Below are positions 63,901 through 64,000 of a DNA stretch of 64,000 bases, piece by piece. The notes below the pieces were generated by a model that was not told where the DNA came from, searched no databases, and worked only from the letters and a program-made list of their open reading frames with translations. Position 1 is the stretch's first letter; each line of letters opens with the position of its first letter. The position numbers were made by a program, and so were the translations under genes. Origin of the DNA: Octopus bimaculoides (taxonomy: Eukaryota); the NCBI RefSeq assembly GCF_001194135.2, contig NC_068987.1, positions 11,869,881 through 11,933,880 of the forward strand, written 5' to 3'.

Positions 63901-63958
63901 GGTGAGTACAGAACGCACTATTTGTACTAGATATTTGAATTGTTCATGAAATAAGACT
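63901..63958 (-). CDS. Candidate 58-nt exon (VLFHEQFKYLVQIVRSVLT), unidentified gene
   Basis: ctctttag acceptor, ACC|gtgagt donor, one open frame. Confidence 0.35.
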
Positions 63959-64000
63959 CTAAAGAGCACTCACTAAAATTAGTGAAATATTATTCCTGCC

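Overview
Eukaryotic, AT-rich, repeat-saturated genomic DNA with many N gaps and abundant (TA)n, (CA)n, (GA)n, (TACA)n, (CAT)n and (TTC)n tracts. By inference from my recollection of the SINE families, it is most likely cephalopod (Octopus-like). No intact long protein-coding gene is present, and almost all entries in the ORF track are artefacts of microsatellites or N runs. Four recurring tRNA-headed SINE families are labelled A-D here, with dozens of copies. Also present are 3' remnants of several non-LTR clades (R4/Dong-type, CRE-type, Tx1/L1-type, CR1/Jockey-like), Helitron pieces, hAT and Tc1/mariner MITEs, Merlin- and Tigger-like transposase relics, and Penelope-type terminal repeats carrying hammerhead-ribozyme motifs. 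Two observations stand out. (1) A roughly 290-nt element at 41702-41992 (minus strand) joins a tRNA-like Pol III head to a Penelope-type minimal hammerhead ribozyme, with a second hammerhead about 140 nt downstream. (2) One SINE-B subfamily repeatedly inserts at G(G/A)CAG|AAAC inside other SINE heads, leaving 13-65 bp duplications. A few short splice-flanked open segments may be exons of an unidentified minus-strand host gene (low confidence). All family assignments come from manual motif reading; no database searches were run.
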